Assembly: GCA_963795085.1 (NCBI GenBank)
Contig: CAWCFX010000004.1
Span: forward strand, 576,001 to 640,000
DNA: 64,000 nt
Source: an uncultured Gemmatimonadales bacterium
GTDB lineage: Bacteria; Gemmatimonadota; Gemmatimonadetes; Gemmatimonadales; GWC2-71-9
Direction: 5' to 3'
In this document: piece by piece, positions 10,413 to 21,490 of the stretch
Position numbering within the stretch: position 1 is the first letter of the stretch
How the letters are laid out: every line of letters begins with the position of its first letter
Made by a program: the position numbers and the translations under genes
The notes under the pieces: generated by a model
What the model was told of the DNA's origin: nothing
Seen by the model: only the letters and a program-made list of their open reading frames with translations
Database searches by the model: none

Positions 10413-10844
10413 TCAGCTTTCCAGCGTGGCCTCCATGTTCACCGTGATGTTTCCCTTGAACGCCTGCGAAACCGGACATCCATTCTTCGCGCCTTCGGCC
10501 GCGGCCGCGAACGCCGCCTGGTCTATACCCGGCACCTTGCCACGGACGACCAGGCGCATGGTCGTAATCTTGAACCCTTCGGCGACCTTCTCCATGGTGG
10601 CGGAGGCGGTGGTGGTGATGGTCTCGGGGACATGGCCGCCGCGCTCCAGCGCGCCCGACAGGGCCATGCTGAAGCAGGCGGCGTGGGCCGCGGCCAGCAG
10701 CTCTTCGGGGTTGGTGCCTGGTGCGCTTTCGAACCGGGTCGGGAATGAATAGCTGCCCTTGAAGGCTCCGGTCTTCGCCTCAAAGGTGCCCTTGCCGCCC
10801 TTGAGCCCGCCGTCCCATCTGGCGTTGGCCGTACTGATGGTCAT
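10413..10844 (-). CDS. osmC: OsmC family peroxiredoxin
   Basis: ARWDGGLKGGKG, GTNPEELLAAAHAACFSMAL and CPVS; two catalytic Cys. Confidence 0.93.
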   Translation of the reverse strand: MTISTANARWDGGLKGGKGTFEAKTGAFKGSYSFPTRFESAPGTNPEELLAAAHAACFSMALSGALERGGHVPETITTTASATMEKVAEGFKITTMRLVVRGKVPGIDQAAFAAAAEGAKNGCPVSQAFKGNITVNMEATLES

Positions 10845-10883
10845 GAGTCTGCTCCTGCCGGCTGCCGGGCCGGCGGTTGGTTG

Positions 10884-11359
10884 TTAGAACGGAAACGTCA
10901 CTCCCGCGCCGATGCGGAAGATCGTTTCGGAGTTGACGAAGGTCCATCGTCCCTCGACATAGATCTGGCTGCCGGGCCGGGGTATGGGCCGGAAACCGAG
11001 GAACAAGTTAACGCCGGTGCCGGTGTCGTCGCCGGAGTCGAAGGCCCGGTGAAGATAGGCCACGCCCGCCCCGATGTAGGCCTGGTCCCGGGGGCCTCGC
11101 AGCGCCAGGTCCCCGTTGATCTGGAAGTCGTCGCCGATGTCTTTCAGCGCCAGGTCGCCGGAGGGCCGGAGGTCCAGCGTCCGGGCCAGCGGAATCCGGA
11201 GGTGGGCGCCGGCGGTCCAGGTGTCCGCCGAGAAATCCCGGCCGGCCCGGAGCCCCACTTCCGGCGCGGCCCGTACCCGGCTTCCGTATCGCTGGGCCTG
11301 CGCCGCACTGCCGGAACCGAGCAGCAGGGCAATGCCGATGGCCACCGCGCGTACCTGAA

Positions 11360-11363
<4 letters not shown>
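10884..11363 (-). CDS. Small outer-membrane beta-barrel protein
   Basis: Signal peptide (AQAQ) from ATG 11363, coupled to the kinase stop. Amphipathic strands, YIGAGV, terminal Phe (GVTFPF). Confidence 0.75.
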
Positions 11364-13633
<2,270 letters not shown>

Positions 13634-13714
13634 ATGCTGGACTATAGCCACCGATGACCGTTGCGCTAGGCCGGGTGGCGTACCACCCGGCCCGGTGCCA
13701 TGGCGTGAGGAATT

Positions 13715-14308
13715 TCAGCGGGCGCCCATCCGGCGGGCGATGGGAATGCCGAGCAGCAGGCCCAGCGCGAGGACCGCACCGGCGGGAATGCCGGCATCCG
13801 TGCCTGCCGGACGGCCGGTGTTGAGCGCCACCTGGGCCCGAAGCGCCGCATCGATGTCCTGGCGGGTGAGGGGACGCGGAATGATCCACCGGCCGCCCTC
13901 GCCGGAGCGGCTGGGCACCTGAACGGTGCCGGGCATACCACTCTTATCGACGGCCACCAGCATGCCGGCCCCATCGGCCTGGCCCAGCTGAAACGCCAGC
14001 ACCCAGGTCCCATTCCCCTGCGGCGCAAAGCGCACCGCAAAGACGCCAGGCTTGGAGGTCGCAACGATCTCCAGCCGCAGGGTCTGCCGGCGGCCGTTGA
14101 CCAGCCCCTCGGCGGTCCCGGTCAGCGGAAACTGGGTCGGGGTTCCGTGGTGATACGTGTGAACCAGGAGAAAGGCTCCCCGGGTGACCGCCTCATGCGG
14201 GTTGGCGGGAAACTCGGCCGAGATCCAGGGTGGGCCGGCGACGGCCGGTGTCGCGACGAGACTCAAGGCGGCGACAGCGCTGAGAACGGACAGCAGGGGG
14301 GAGGGCAT
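13715..14308 (-). CDS. Secreted/membrane-anchored hypothetical protein, probably a separate gene fused in-frame to the upstream DUF4097 gene by a frameshift
   Basis: Own signal peptide MPSPLLSVLSAVAALSLVATPAVA, GAGG upstream of ATG 14308, own ECF-type promoter motif, C-terminal TM with basic tail. Confidence 0.65.
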   Translation of the reverse strand: MPSPLLSVLSAVAALSLVATPAVAGPPWISAEFPANPHEAVTRGAFLLVHTYHHGTPTQFPLTGTAEGLVNGRRQTLRLEIVATSKPGVFAVRFAPQGNGTWVLAFQLGQADGAGMLVAVDKSGMPGTVQVPSRSGEGGRWIIPRPLTRQDIDAALRAQVALNTGRPAGTDAGIPAGAVLALGLLLGIPIARRMGAR

Positions 14309-14349
14309 GGGGGCCTCGCTTTTCGGGGGAAGGATCATGGTGCCGTAGA

Positions 14350-14378
14350 TCAGATGTCGCCCGGCGCCCCCGGGTTTA
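14350..14378 (-). promoter_or_regulatory. Putative ECF sigma promoter TAAACC-N17-ATCTGA
   Basis: Same -35 hexamer and 17-bp spacing as the motif upstream of the ECF sigma gene at 16471. Confidence 0.6.
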
Positions 14379-14385
14379 GAGACTC

Positions 14386-15277
14386 CTATTTTTTCCGCAA
14401 GAAGAATATTTCCCTTGAACGAGCGCACCGAGATATCGGCGCCGCCACCATCCCCGGTGCTGAAGGACTGCTCTATCCCGGCCCGGCCGGAGCCGGAGGC
14501 CGGCGGGCCAAACTCGTTGCGGATGGTGCCGTGATAGCTGGAGAGGTCGAAATCCGCCTTGATGTCACGGGGGAGGAGGATGTCGATCATTCCGCTGTGG
14601 GTCTCGATGGTGAGGTCGCCGTCGCGGGTGAGCCAGCCGGAAAATTCCAGGTCTCCGGTCACCGACTCGATGCGGGCCCGCCGCATGCCGGCGGAGAGCA
14701 TGCTCACCGACCCGCTGACCGTGGCGGCGCCGACGTCCTCGCCCGGACCCCGGATGGTGATGGCCCCGCTGGCGGTCTTGGCCCGGATCCAGGTTCCGCC
14801 GGCATTCACCTCGATGTTGCCATCCATGGTCTCGAGGTTCAGTTGATCCGGCTCTCCCTCGAACCGGATGGTGCCGCTGGTGCTGAACCCATCCACGCCC
14901 CCGCGCAGCCCGGTAAACACGATGGTGGCGGTGGCGGTCTTCACCCACACTTTGGCCCGGGCGGGAACCCGGAGGTAGAGATGAGCCGGCGGCTGGTCCA
15001 GTTCGAGTGGCCCTTCCACGCCCATTTTGGCGGCCCGGCGGTTTCCGCCCATGAAGAAGCGGGTGGTCGGGCTGCCGGCCAGCGAGCCGGTGACGGCCAC
15101 GGTATCCCGGTCCCAGCCTTCGATCCGGACCGAGCCGGCCATGTTGTGGATCCGGAGCGAGACATCGGGATCCACCGCGATGCGGCGGTCGATTCGCTGC
15201 TCGCCCGACTGGCCCCAGAGGGGCGGGGCCGCCAGGGCGAGCGCAAGTACGGCCGCGAGGGCGCTAGCTGGCCGCAT
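14386..15277 (-). CDS. DUF4097 beta-strand repeat protein; its natural stop is apparently out of frame by 1 nt
   Basis: Signal peptide and repeated T/S-x-S/D-G-x-I units (TSGTI, MDGNI, ASGAI, VSGSV, VTGDL, FKGNI). TAG at 14386-14388 lies in the +1 frame. Confidence 0.8.
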
Positions 15278-15872
15278 GCTGCGCCGCCCGCTCGAGCAGA
15301 TCGAGCTTCTTTTCCCAGGAGGCCCACAGCGACTCGGCTACCCGCTGGTTGCCGGGATTCTCCGCCAGGGCGGCCTGGGTCTCCCGGATGGCTTCGTCAA
15401 TGATGCGGAGGTTCTGCTCCACCACGGCCAGCGCGGCGGGGGTCAGCTGGGTCCGCCGCCGGTCAAGCGCCAGCGCCAGTTCTTCCGCGGCCTGGCGGTA
15501 GGTGGCTTCGGTCACTTCGAAGCTGCTGACCGGTACCGCGCCGGGCGGCCGGCGCACCACCACCGCGGTGACCGCCGAACTCAGAGCCATCAGGAGGATC
15601 GCGGCGGCCACCAGGAGCCCGCGGCGGCTCCACCACGCGGATGCGACGATCGGGGTCACGCCACGGGTCCGGATACCGGGCCAGAGCGATACCGGCGGGG
15701 TGACCTCCCGGGGGAGCGCCGCCACCGCGCCTTTCAGCGTCCGCTGGAACCGGAAATCAGCCCGGCACTCCTCGCAGGCCAGCAGGTGCTGTTCTATCGC
15801 CTCGGCCTCGGCCTGGTCCAGCCGGCCTTCGTGGTAGGCATCGAGCCGCTCGAAGAGTTGCAGGCAAGTCAT
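15264..15872 (-). CDS. Zinc-finger (ZAS, zf-HC2) anti-sigma factor
   Basis: HLLACEEC (HxxxCxxC), single TM, periplasmic helical domain. Coupled to the sigma gene. Confidence 0.88.
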   Translation of the reverse strand: MTCLQLFERLDAYHEGRLDQAEAEAIEQHLLACEECRADFRFQRTLKGAVAALPREVTPPVSLWPGIRTRGVTPIVASAWWSRRGLLVAAAILLMALSSAVTAVVVRRPPGAVPVSSFEVTEATYRQAAEELALALDRRRTQLTPAALAVVEQNLRIIDEAIRETQAALAENPGNQRVAESLWASWEKKLDLLERAAQHAAS

Positions 15873-16471
15873 CGGTCCAGCATCTCCCGTAACAGGCGCC
15901 GGGCGCGGAACAGCTGCGCCTTGGAGGTTCCCGCGGCCACGCCGCTCATCTCCGCGATTTCTTCATGTTGATAGCCTTCGATGTCATGGAGCACAAAAAC
16001 AGCCCTGGCTCCCGCCGGCAGTGACGCAATAGCCCGCTCCAGGTCCATCCGGATACCGGGCGCCGCGATCCGGGCGGGACGGTCAAGGTTGGCCAGGTCG
16101 GATCCCAGCGAAACCCGGGCTTCGCGACGGCCCCGGGCCCGCCGCTCCGTCAATGCCACGTTGACCGCGAGCCGGTGGAGCCAGGTGGAAAAGGCGCTCT
16201 CACCCCGGAAAGTGTCCAGCTTCTCCCAGGCCCGAACGAATACATCCTGGGTCAGCTCCTCAGCCAGGGCGGGGTCGGCCGCCAGGCGGAGACAGAGGGC
16301 GTACACCCGGTCCACCGACCCCTCGTAGAGGGACCGGAAGGCGGATTCGCTGCCATCCCGGGCGGCGGCGACCAGTTCACCGACAGCCGCCGGAGGCCCT
16401 GGATCCATCAAGCGGAGCCTGGGTGGCCCAGTTTCGGGGGCCGGGGCGGATGGGAGCCTTCTGATTTGCAC
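15869..16471 (-). CDS. ECF RNA polymerase sigma factor
   Basis: AEELTQDVFVRAW, FSTWLHRLAVN, region 4 HEEIAEM...TSKAQLFRAR. GTG start just downstream of an ECF-type promoter; alternative internal ATG. Confidence 0.93.
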   Translation of the reverse strand: MQIRRLPSAPAPETGPPRLRLMDPGPPAAVGELVAAARDGSESAFRSLYEGSVDRVYALCLRLAADPALAEELTQDVFVRAWEKLDTFRGESAFSTWLHRLAVNVALTERRARGRREARVSLGSDLANLDRPARIAAPGIRMDLERAIASLPAGARAVFVLHDIEGYQHEEIAEMSGVAAGTSKAQLFRARRLLREMLDR

Positions 16472-16477
16472 ACCTAA

Positions 16478-16506
16478 TGGGATGCCGGTGGGAGACCGGG
16501 GGTTTA
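16478..16506 (-). promoter_or_regulatory. Putative autoregulatory ECF promoter TAAACC-N17-ATCCCA
   Basis: AAC-containing -35 and -10 element 6 nt before GTG 16471. Confidence 0.6.
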
Positions 16507-16854
16507 TCCCTCGACCCGGACGACTTCCACGATCGGGCCGACCATACAGGTGCTCATCAGGTCGGGCCGGGGGCGGAGTATCAGGATGGCCTGTTTCCCG
16601 TCCGCCAGGAGGCCCGCGGGTGCCGAGCCGCGCGACAACTCGTAGTGCTTCCCATCATTGGCCTCGAAGCGCCAGCAGCCGCCTTCGACGTTTACGGAGC
16701 GAACGGTTCCGGTCGCCCGGAATGTGGTGGAGTCGGGCATGGGTTCCTGGGCCGTGGGTGGGGCCGAATCGGGCCGCTGGAGGGCGCCGTTACTGGCAGG
16801 ACGGCAGGCCACCAGTACGGCGGCAGCCAAGACGAGCGTCAGCGTGCATTTCAT
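16504..16854 (-). CDS. Hypothetical lipoprotein
   Basis: Lipobox LVAC. VEGGCW and STCMVGP give a Cys pair. Coupled to the VOC gene stop. Confidence 0.7.
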   Translation of the reverse strand: MKCTLTLVLAAAVLVACRPASNGALQRPDSAPPTAQEPMPDSTTFRATGTVRSVNVEGGCWRFEANDGKHYELSRGSAPAGLLADGKQAILILRPRPDLMSTCMVGPIVEVVRVEG

Positions 16855-17240
16855 GCTTCCTCCTTGGCGAATTCGGCCAGGATCACCGTGGTCCCGCAGG
16901 GGGCCCGGATCCCGATCTCCTCCGCGCCGTAAAAGGTCTTGCGTTGGGGAACCACCACCTTGGCGCCCTGGAGGCGGGGAAGGTAATCCCCCAGGGATTC
17001 CACTTCGATGAAGAGATGGGTCCGGGAGACGAACGGGTCGAGCGCCAGGGCGGGGACGTCTTTGGCGACGCTGGCCCTGCTCTGGTACATCACTTCGACC
17101 GGCCCGCTGGCGAGAATGGCGAACCCCATCTGGTCGCCTTCCGGCAGACTCATGACCAGGGTAAATCCCAGCCGATCGGTCCAGAATGGCAGGACCGGCT
17201 CGATGGTTTCGACGAAAATGACGGGGGTGAGTTTTTTCAC
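16851..17240 (-). CDS. VOC/glyoxalase family protein
   Basis: FWTDRLGF, LFIEV, TFYGAEEIGIRAPCG pattern. Likely GTG start at 17240. Confidence 0.8.
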   Translation of the reverse strand: MKKLTPVIFVETIEPVLPFWTDRLGFTLVMSLPEGDQMGFAILASGPVEVMYQSRASVAKDVPALALDPFVSRTHLFIEVESLGDYLPRLQGAKVVVPQRKTFYGAEEIGIRAPCGTTVILAEFAKEEA

Positions 17241-17315
17241 GGTCGGCGGTCCGGTTGGGGCAGGCGCGCTGCTATTATACACCCGGCTGAAAGAAGCCCG
17301 GCGGGAGGCCGCATG

Positions 17316-17344
17316 GCAACCTTTCGCTCCCCCCGCCTATCCAA
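17316..17344 (+). promoter_or_regulatory. Putative autoregulatory ECF promoter GCAACC-N17-ATCCAA
   Basis: Located 9 nt before ATG 17354, with the same architecture as the two minus-strand motifs. Confidence 0.6.
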
Positions 17345-17353
17345 CCCCACGCA

Positions 17354-17929
17354 ATGACCAACACCGGCCGCGGAGTCGATACTCTGAACGAAAACCGGGA
17401 CGTGGTGCCGACTGAGAATGATGCAGTCGACGCGGTGATGGCCGCGGCGGGGGATGCCCGCGCCTTTGAGCGGCTCTACCGGCGGCACGTGGCCCGGATT
17501 CACAGCCTGGCCCGGCGGATGATCGGGCCGGACGAATCCGATGACGTCACCCAGGCGGTGTTCGTGAGGACCTGGGAGAAGTTGGGGACGTTTCGGGGCG
17601 AATCGGCCTTCGGGACCTGGCTGCACCGGCTGGCGGTCAACGTGATACTGGCGCGGCGGACTTCGCTGGGGATCGAGCGGGGACGGCTGAAGGATGGCGA
17701 GGGGGTAACGGAGGCGATCGCCTCCCGCCCCGGACGGCCCGATCTCTCGGTGGATTTCGAAGCGGCGATGGCGAAACTGCCGGGCGGAGCGAGGGAGGTC
17801 TTCGTGCTTCACGACATCGAAGGCTATAAACACGAGGAAATTGCCGGCATGCTGGGCATCGTCGCGGGAACGTCGAAGGCCCAGCTGCACCGGGCCCGGA
17901 TGGCGCTCCGCGGGTACCTGGGCCGATAG
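17354..17929 (+). CDS. ECF RNA polymerase sigma factor, paralog of 15869-16471
   Basis: FRGESAFGTWLHRLAVN and VFVLHDIEGYKHEEIA...TSKAQLHRAR. Confidence 0.93.
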   Translation: MTNTGRGVDTLNENRDVVPTENDAVDAVMAAAGDARAFERLYRRHVARIHSLARRMIGPDESDDVTQAVFVRTWEKLGTFRGESAFGTWLHRLAVNVILARRTSLGIERGRLKDGEGVTEAIASRPGRPDLSVDFEAAMAKLPGGAREVFVLHDIEGYKHEEIAGMLGIVAGTSKAQLHRARMALRGYLGR

Positions 17930-17938
17930 GAGGAATTC

Positions 17939-18607
17939 ATGATCGACGAATGGACCGAACGACTCTCGGAGTACCTGGACGGGGAACTCGCGCCGGGAGA
18001 TCGGCAGGCGCTTGAAGCCCACCTGGCCGGCTGCATGCTTTGCCGCGGGGTTCTGGCGGACCTGGAACTGGTGGCGGCGCGGGCCCGGACGATCGAGGAC
18101 CGCGACCCGGCCGGCGATCTCTGGCCCGGTATTCGGGCCGCCATCGAGGGCGGGCGGGTCCTGCCCCTGGCTCCCCGGCGACCGCCGGTCCGCCGCTTTA
18201 CGTTCTCGTTTTCCCAATTGGCGGCGGCGGCGGCGGCGTTGGTCCTGCTCTCCGGCGGTGCGGTGTGGCTGGCTACCGGGGCCGGCGGTCCTGCTCCGGC
18301 TCTTTCGGAAGCCGCCGCGCCGGCCGCCGCCATCAAGCTGGTGACCTTTGATCCCCGGGGCCGGGCCGACTCGGCCATCGCGGAACTGGAGCGATACCTG
18401 GATGCGGGCCGGGGCCATCTCGATACCAGCACGGTCCGGATCCTGGCCGGCAATCTCGCGCTGATTGACCGGGCGATCGACCAGGCCCGGTCGGCGCTGG
18501 AGGCCGACCCCGCCAACGCCTACCTGAACGATCACCTTGCGCGGACCATGCGCAAGAAAATTGAAGTCCTCCGCCGTGCGGCCGACCTGGCGCAGGCGGC
18601 GACCTGA
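17939..18607 (+). CDS. Zinc-finger (ZAS) anti-sigma factor
   Basis: LSEYLDGEL, HLAGCMLC, TM segment, SD AGGAGG. Confidence 0.88.
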   Translation: MIDEWTERLSEYLDGELAPGDRQALEAHLAGCMLCRGVLADLELVAARARTIEDRDPAGDLWPGIRAAIEGGRVLPLAPRRPPVRRFTFSFSQLAAAAAALVLLSGGAVWLATGAGGPAPALSEAAAPAAAIKLVTFDPRGRADSAIAELERYLDAGRGHLDTSTVRILAGNLALIDRAIDQARSALEADPANAYLNDHLARTMRKKIEVLRRAADLAQAAT

Positions 18608-18625
18608 CCTGAGAGGAATCGAACC

Positions 18626-19492
18626 ATGATGCTCACGTTGGCGCTGGGAGCCGCGCTCTTCGCTCCCCTGCCCCAGGACACCACGGTGCCGGTACCGGCG
18701 GGGACCCGGCTGGAACTCAGTGCCCGGACCGGATCCATCACCGTGCGCACCTGGAGCCGGAGCGCGATCCAGGTCTCCGGCGATAACGGCTCCGGCGCTG
18801 CCCTGGCCGTCAGGGTGACGGTGAGCGGGGGTGTCGCCCGGGTCGGGCCGGAGCGGGGCCGGGGCCGGCACGGCTCCCCCGAAGACTACCGGCTGACGGT
18901 GCCGGCCTGGATGGACCTCGAGCTGTCCACCACCGAGGGGGATATCGCCGTCACCGGGTCCGAAGGCCGGCTGCGAATCTCCTCTGTGGAAGGCAATGTC
19001 AGCATCCGGGGCGGCCGGGAGTTCGTCTCCGTCACCTCGGTGGAGGGCGAGGTGCTGGTGGACGGGGCGCGGGGGCGGGTGGAAACCAGTTCCGTTGACG
19101 GCGGTATCACCATCCGTAACACTGACGGCGTTATCGTGGCCAGCACGGTGGACGGGGACATTACTATGGAGTCGATCGTATCGGGCGACGTGGACGCCAC
19201 CACCGTGGACGGCAGCATTAGCCTGCGCGGCCGGGTGAGCCCGACCGGCCGCTACCGGCTGAATTCCCATGACGGGGACATCACCCTGGAGTTGCCCGGC
19301 CTGGACGCGATGGTGACGGTGTCCACCTTCGATGGTGAGTTCTCCACCTGCGGGTACCCGGCCACGGTGGTGCCCTCCGGCGATCGGCCCAGCCGGAAGC
19401 GTTTCAGCTTCAAGGTCGGCACCGGCCAGGGCCGGGTGGACCTCGAATCCTTTGACGGCAGCATCTTCCTGGTGAAAACCGGCTGTCGCTGA
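18626..19492 (+). CDS. DUF4097 beta-strand repeat protein
   Basis: Signal peptide and repeated SVEG/TVDG/SFDG units. Confidence 0.82.
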   Translation: MMLTLALGAALFAPLPQDTTVPVPAGTRLELSARTGSITVRTWSRSAIQVSGDNGSGAALAVRVTVSGGVARVGPERGRGRHGSPEDYRLTVPAWMDLELSTTEGDIAVTGSEGRLRISSVEGNVSIRGGREFVSVTSVEGEVLVDGARGRVETSSVDGGITIRNTDGVIVASTVDGDITMESIVSGDVDATTVDGSISLRGRVSPTGRYRLNSHDGDITLELPGLDAMVTVSTFDGEFSTCGYPATVVPSGDRPSRKRFSFKVGTGQGRVDLESFDGSIFLVKTGCR

Positions 19493-19514
19493 TCCCTGAC
19501 TTCTGGAGGACGCA

Positions 19515-20330
19515 ATGAAATCAGTACTGGTACTTGCGGTAGCCGGCTTCCTTCTTCTGCCGGCCCTGGGCACCCCGGGTGGCCGGGCCGTGGAAGGCCA
19601 GCCGTCAGGCGCCGACGACTTCTCGTGGCGCAAGCGGATGGCGGCGGGCCAGACCCTGGAGATCAAGGGGATCAACGGCGATGTCCGGGCGGTGCTGGCG
19701 GACGGCGCCGAGGCGGAGGTAACCGCCACCCGGACGGCGCGCCGGAGCGATCCCGAGTCAGTGGAGATCAAGGTGGTCGAGCACGGGGGCGGCGTGACGA
19801 TCTGCGCGGTCTATCCCACCCCCTCCCGGTCCCGGCGGGAAAACGTCTGTGCCCCGGGAAGCGAAGGTCACATGAACAACGAGCGGAACGACGTTACCGT
19901 GACCTTCGTGGTGAAGGTCCCCCGCGGCGTCCACTATGCTCCTTCTACCGTGAACGGTGAGATCCGCGCCGCCGGGCTCCAGTCGAACGTGCGGGCGGGC
20001 ACGGTCAACGGCAGCGTCCGGGTCTCGACCACCGGCCGGGCCATCGCCAGTACGGTGAACGGCTCCATCGAGGCCAACATGGGCCGGGCCGACTGGGGCG
20101 AGGACGTGGCCTTCTCCACCGTCAATGGCGAGATCGTTCTCGAACTGCCGGCCGACGTCAATGCCGAGTTGCGGGCGTCCACCGTCAATGGGAACATCAC
20201 CAGTGATTTCCCGGTTACCGTGCAGGGCCGTTTTGGTCCTCGGCGCGTCAGCGGGACCCTGGGCCGGGGCGGCCCGGAGCTGGAACTGGAGACGGTGAAC
20301 GGCAGCATCACCCTGCGCAAGACACCGTAG
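19515..20330 (+). CDS. DUF4097 beta-strand repeat protein
   Basis: Signal peptide, repeated STVNG units, SD GGAGG. Confidence 0.85.
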   Translation: MKSVLVLAVAGFLLLPALGTPGGRAVEGQPSGADDFSWRKRMAAGQTLEIKGINGDVRAVLADGAEAEVTATRTARRSDPESVEIKVVEHGGGVTICAVYPTPSRSRRENVCAPGSEGHMNNERNDVTVTFVVKVPRGVHYAPSTVNGEIRAAGLQSNVRAGTVNGSVRVSTTGRAIASTVNGSIEANMGRADWGEDVAFSTVNGEIVLELPADVNAELRASTVNGNITSDFPVTVQGRFGPRRVSGTLGRGGPELELETVNGSITLRKTP

Positions 20331-20389
20331 GGACGTTTGCAACCGCTGGGGTCCGGGGTAAGTTCTGTTGACCCATTACCGCCGGACCC

Positions 20390-21490
20390 ATGCGTCTCTT
20401 CGATAGCAAGCACCAGCGCGCCGCCTTCCTGATCCTGCTCCTGGGGGCGGCGCTGATCATTGCCCTGGCGCCGTTCGCCACCGGCCTGATCGGCATTCCC
20501 GTACTCTATATCATCTTCTCTCCGGTGTACCTGGAGCTGGAGCCCCGGATCAAGCCGACCGCCGCGGCCGCGGTAACCGTGGGCCTCGCCCTGGTTGTCA
20601 TCGTCCTGATGGCGCTGGTCATCACGCTGGTCATCGTGCAGCAGGCGCCGGATATCGCACGCGGCATCCTGGACAGCCCGCTGCGGGTGCGGCTGGCCAA
20701 CGTGACGATCGGGCCTTACGAGTTGGGGCCCCAGCTGGCCGCCATGAGCGAGCGGGTGGTGAGCTGGCTGGGTACCGGGGCCCTGGGGTTCATCGGGACC
20801 GCCACCCGGCTGACGCTGAACCTGACCATCTCGCTGTTCGGCTTCTTCTACCTGCTGCTGAGCGCCGGCCAGATCTGGAGCGCGGTCGCGCCGTATATCC
20901 CCTTCTCGCCTACCAACAGCCAGCTGCTCAAGGCCCGGTTCCGGCTGGTGACCATCTCCACGCTGATCGGCACCGGCCTTACCGCGCTGATCCAGGGCCT
21001 GCTGGTGGGCGTCGCGTTCCTGGTGGTGGGCCTGCCCAACGCGCTGTTCTGGGGTGTCGTCACGACGATCCTGTCGGTGCTGCCCATCGTGGGAAGCGGG
21101 CTGATCTGGGTTCCTGGGGCCATCGTGCTTTTTCTGCAGGACCGCTACGGCGCCGCGGCCGCCCTGGGTCTCTGGGGGCTGCTCATCGTGGGGAACATCG
21201 ACAACGTCATCCGGCCGATCGTCTTTCGCCGCTATGCCAAGATCCATCCCCTGCTCACCCTGGTCGGCGCCTTTGCCGGGATCCGGTACTTTGGCCTCCT
21301 CGGGCTCCTGGTCGGCCCGCTGGCGCTGTCGTACTTCTTCGAGTTGATCCGGATGTACAAGGAGGAGTACATCCGGACCCCGTCCCGGCAGCGCCGGATG
21401 GAAGACCCCCGGGAGCCGCCGGCGGCTACCGAGCTGGCTGGCGCGAGCGCGCCTTCCAGAACAGAAATACCGGAATACCCAGGCCAATGA
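20390..21490 (+). CDS. AI-2E family transporter
   Basis: Multi-TM protein with LPIVGSGLIWVP, IDNVIRP and FGLLGLLVGP motifs. Confidence 0.9.
   Translation: MRLFDSKHQRAAFLILLLGAALIIALAPFATGLIGIPVLYIIFSPVYLELEPRIKPTAAAAVTVGLALVVIVLMALVITLVIVQQAPDIARGILDSPLRVRLANVTIGPYELGPQLAAMSERVVSWLGTGALGFIGTATRLTLNLTISLFGFFYLLLSAGQIWSAVAPYIPFSPTNSQLLKARFRLVTISTLIGTGLTALIQGLLVGVAFLVVGLPNALFWGVVTTILSVLPIVGSGLIWVPGAIVLFLQDRYGAAAALGLWGLLIVGNIDNVIRPIVFRRYAKIHPLLTLVGAFAGIRYFGLLGLLVGPLALSYFFELIRMYKEEYIRTPSRQRRMEDPREPPAATELAGASAPSRTEIPEYPGQ

Noticed and set aside
21426..21490. Convergent 3' overlaps (also 49365-49411 and 54480-54496) as antisense regulation
   Set aside because: Short tail overlaps are common in compact GC-rich genomes, and there is no further evidence.
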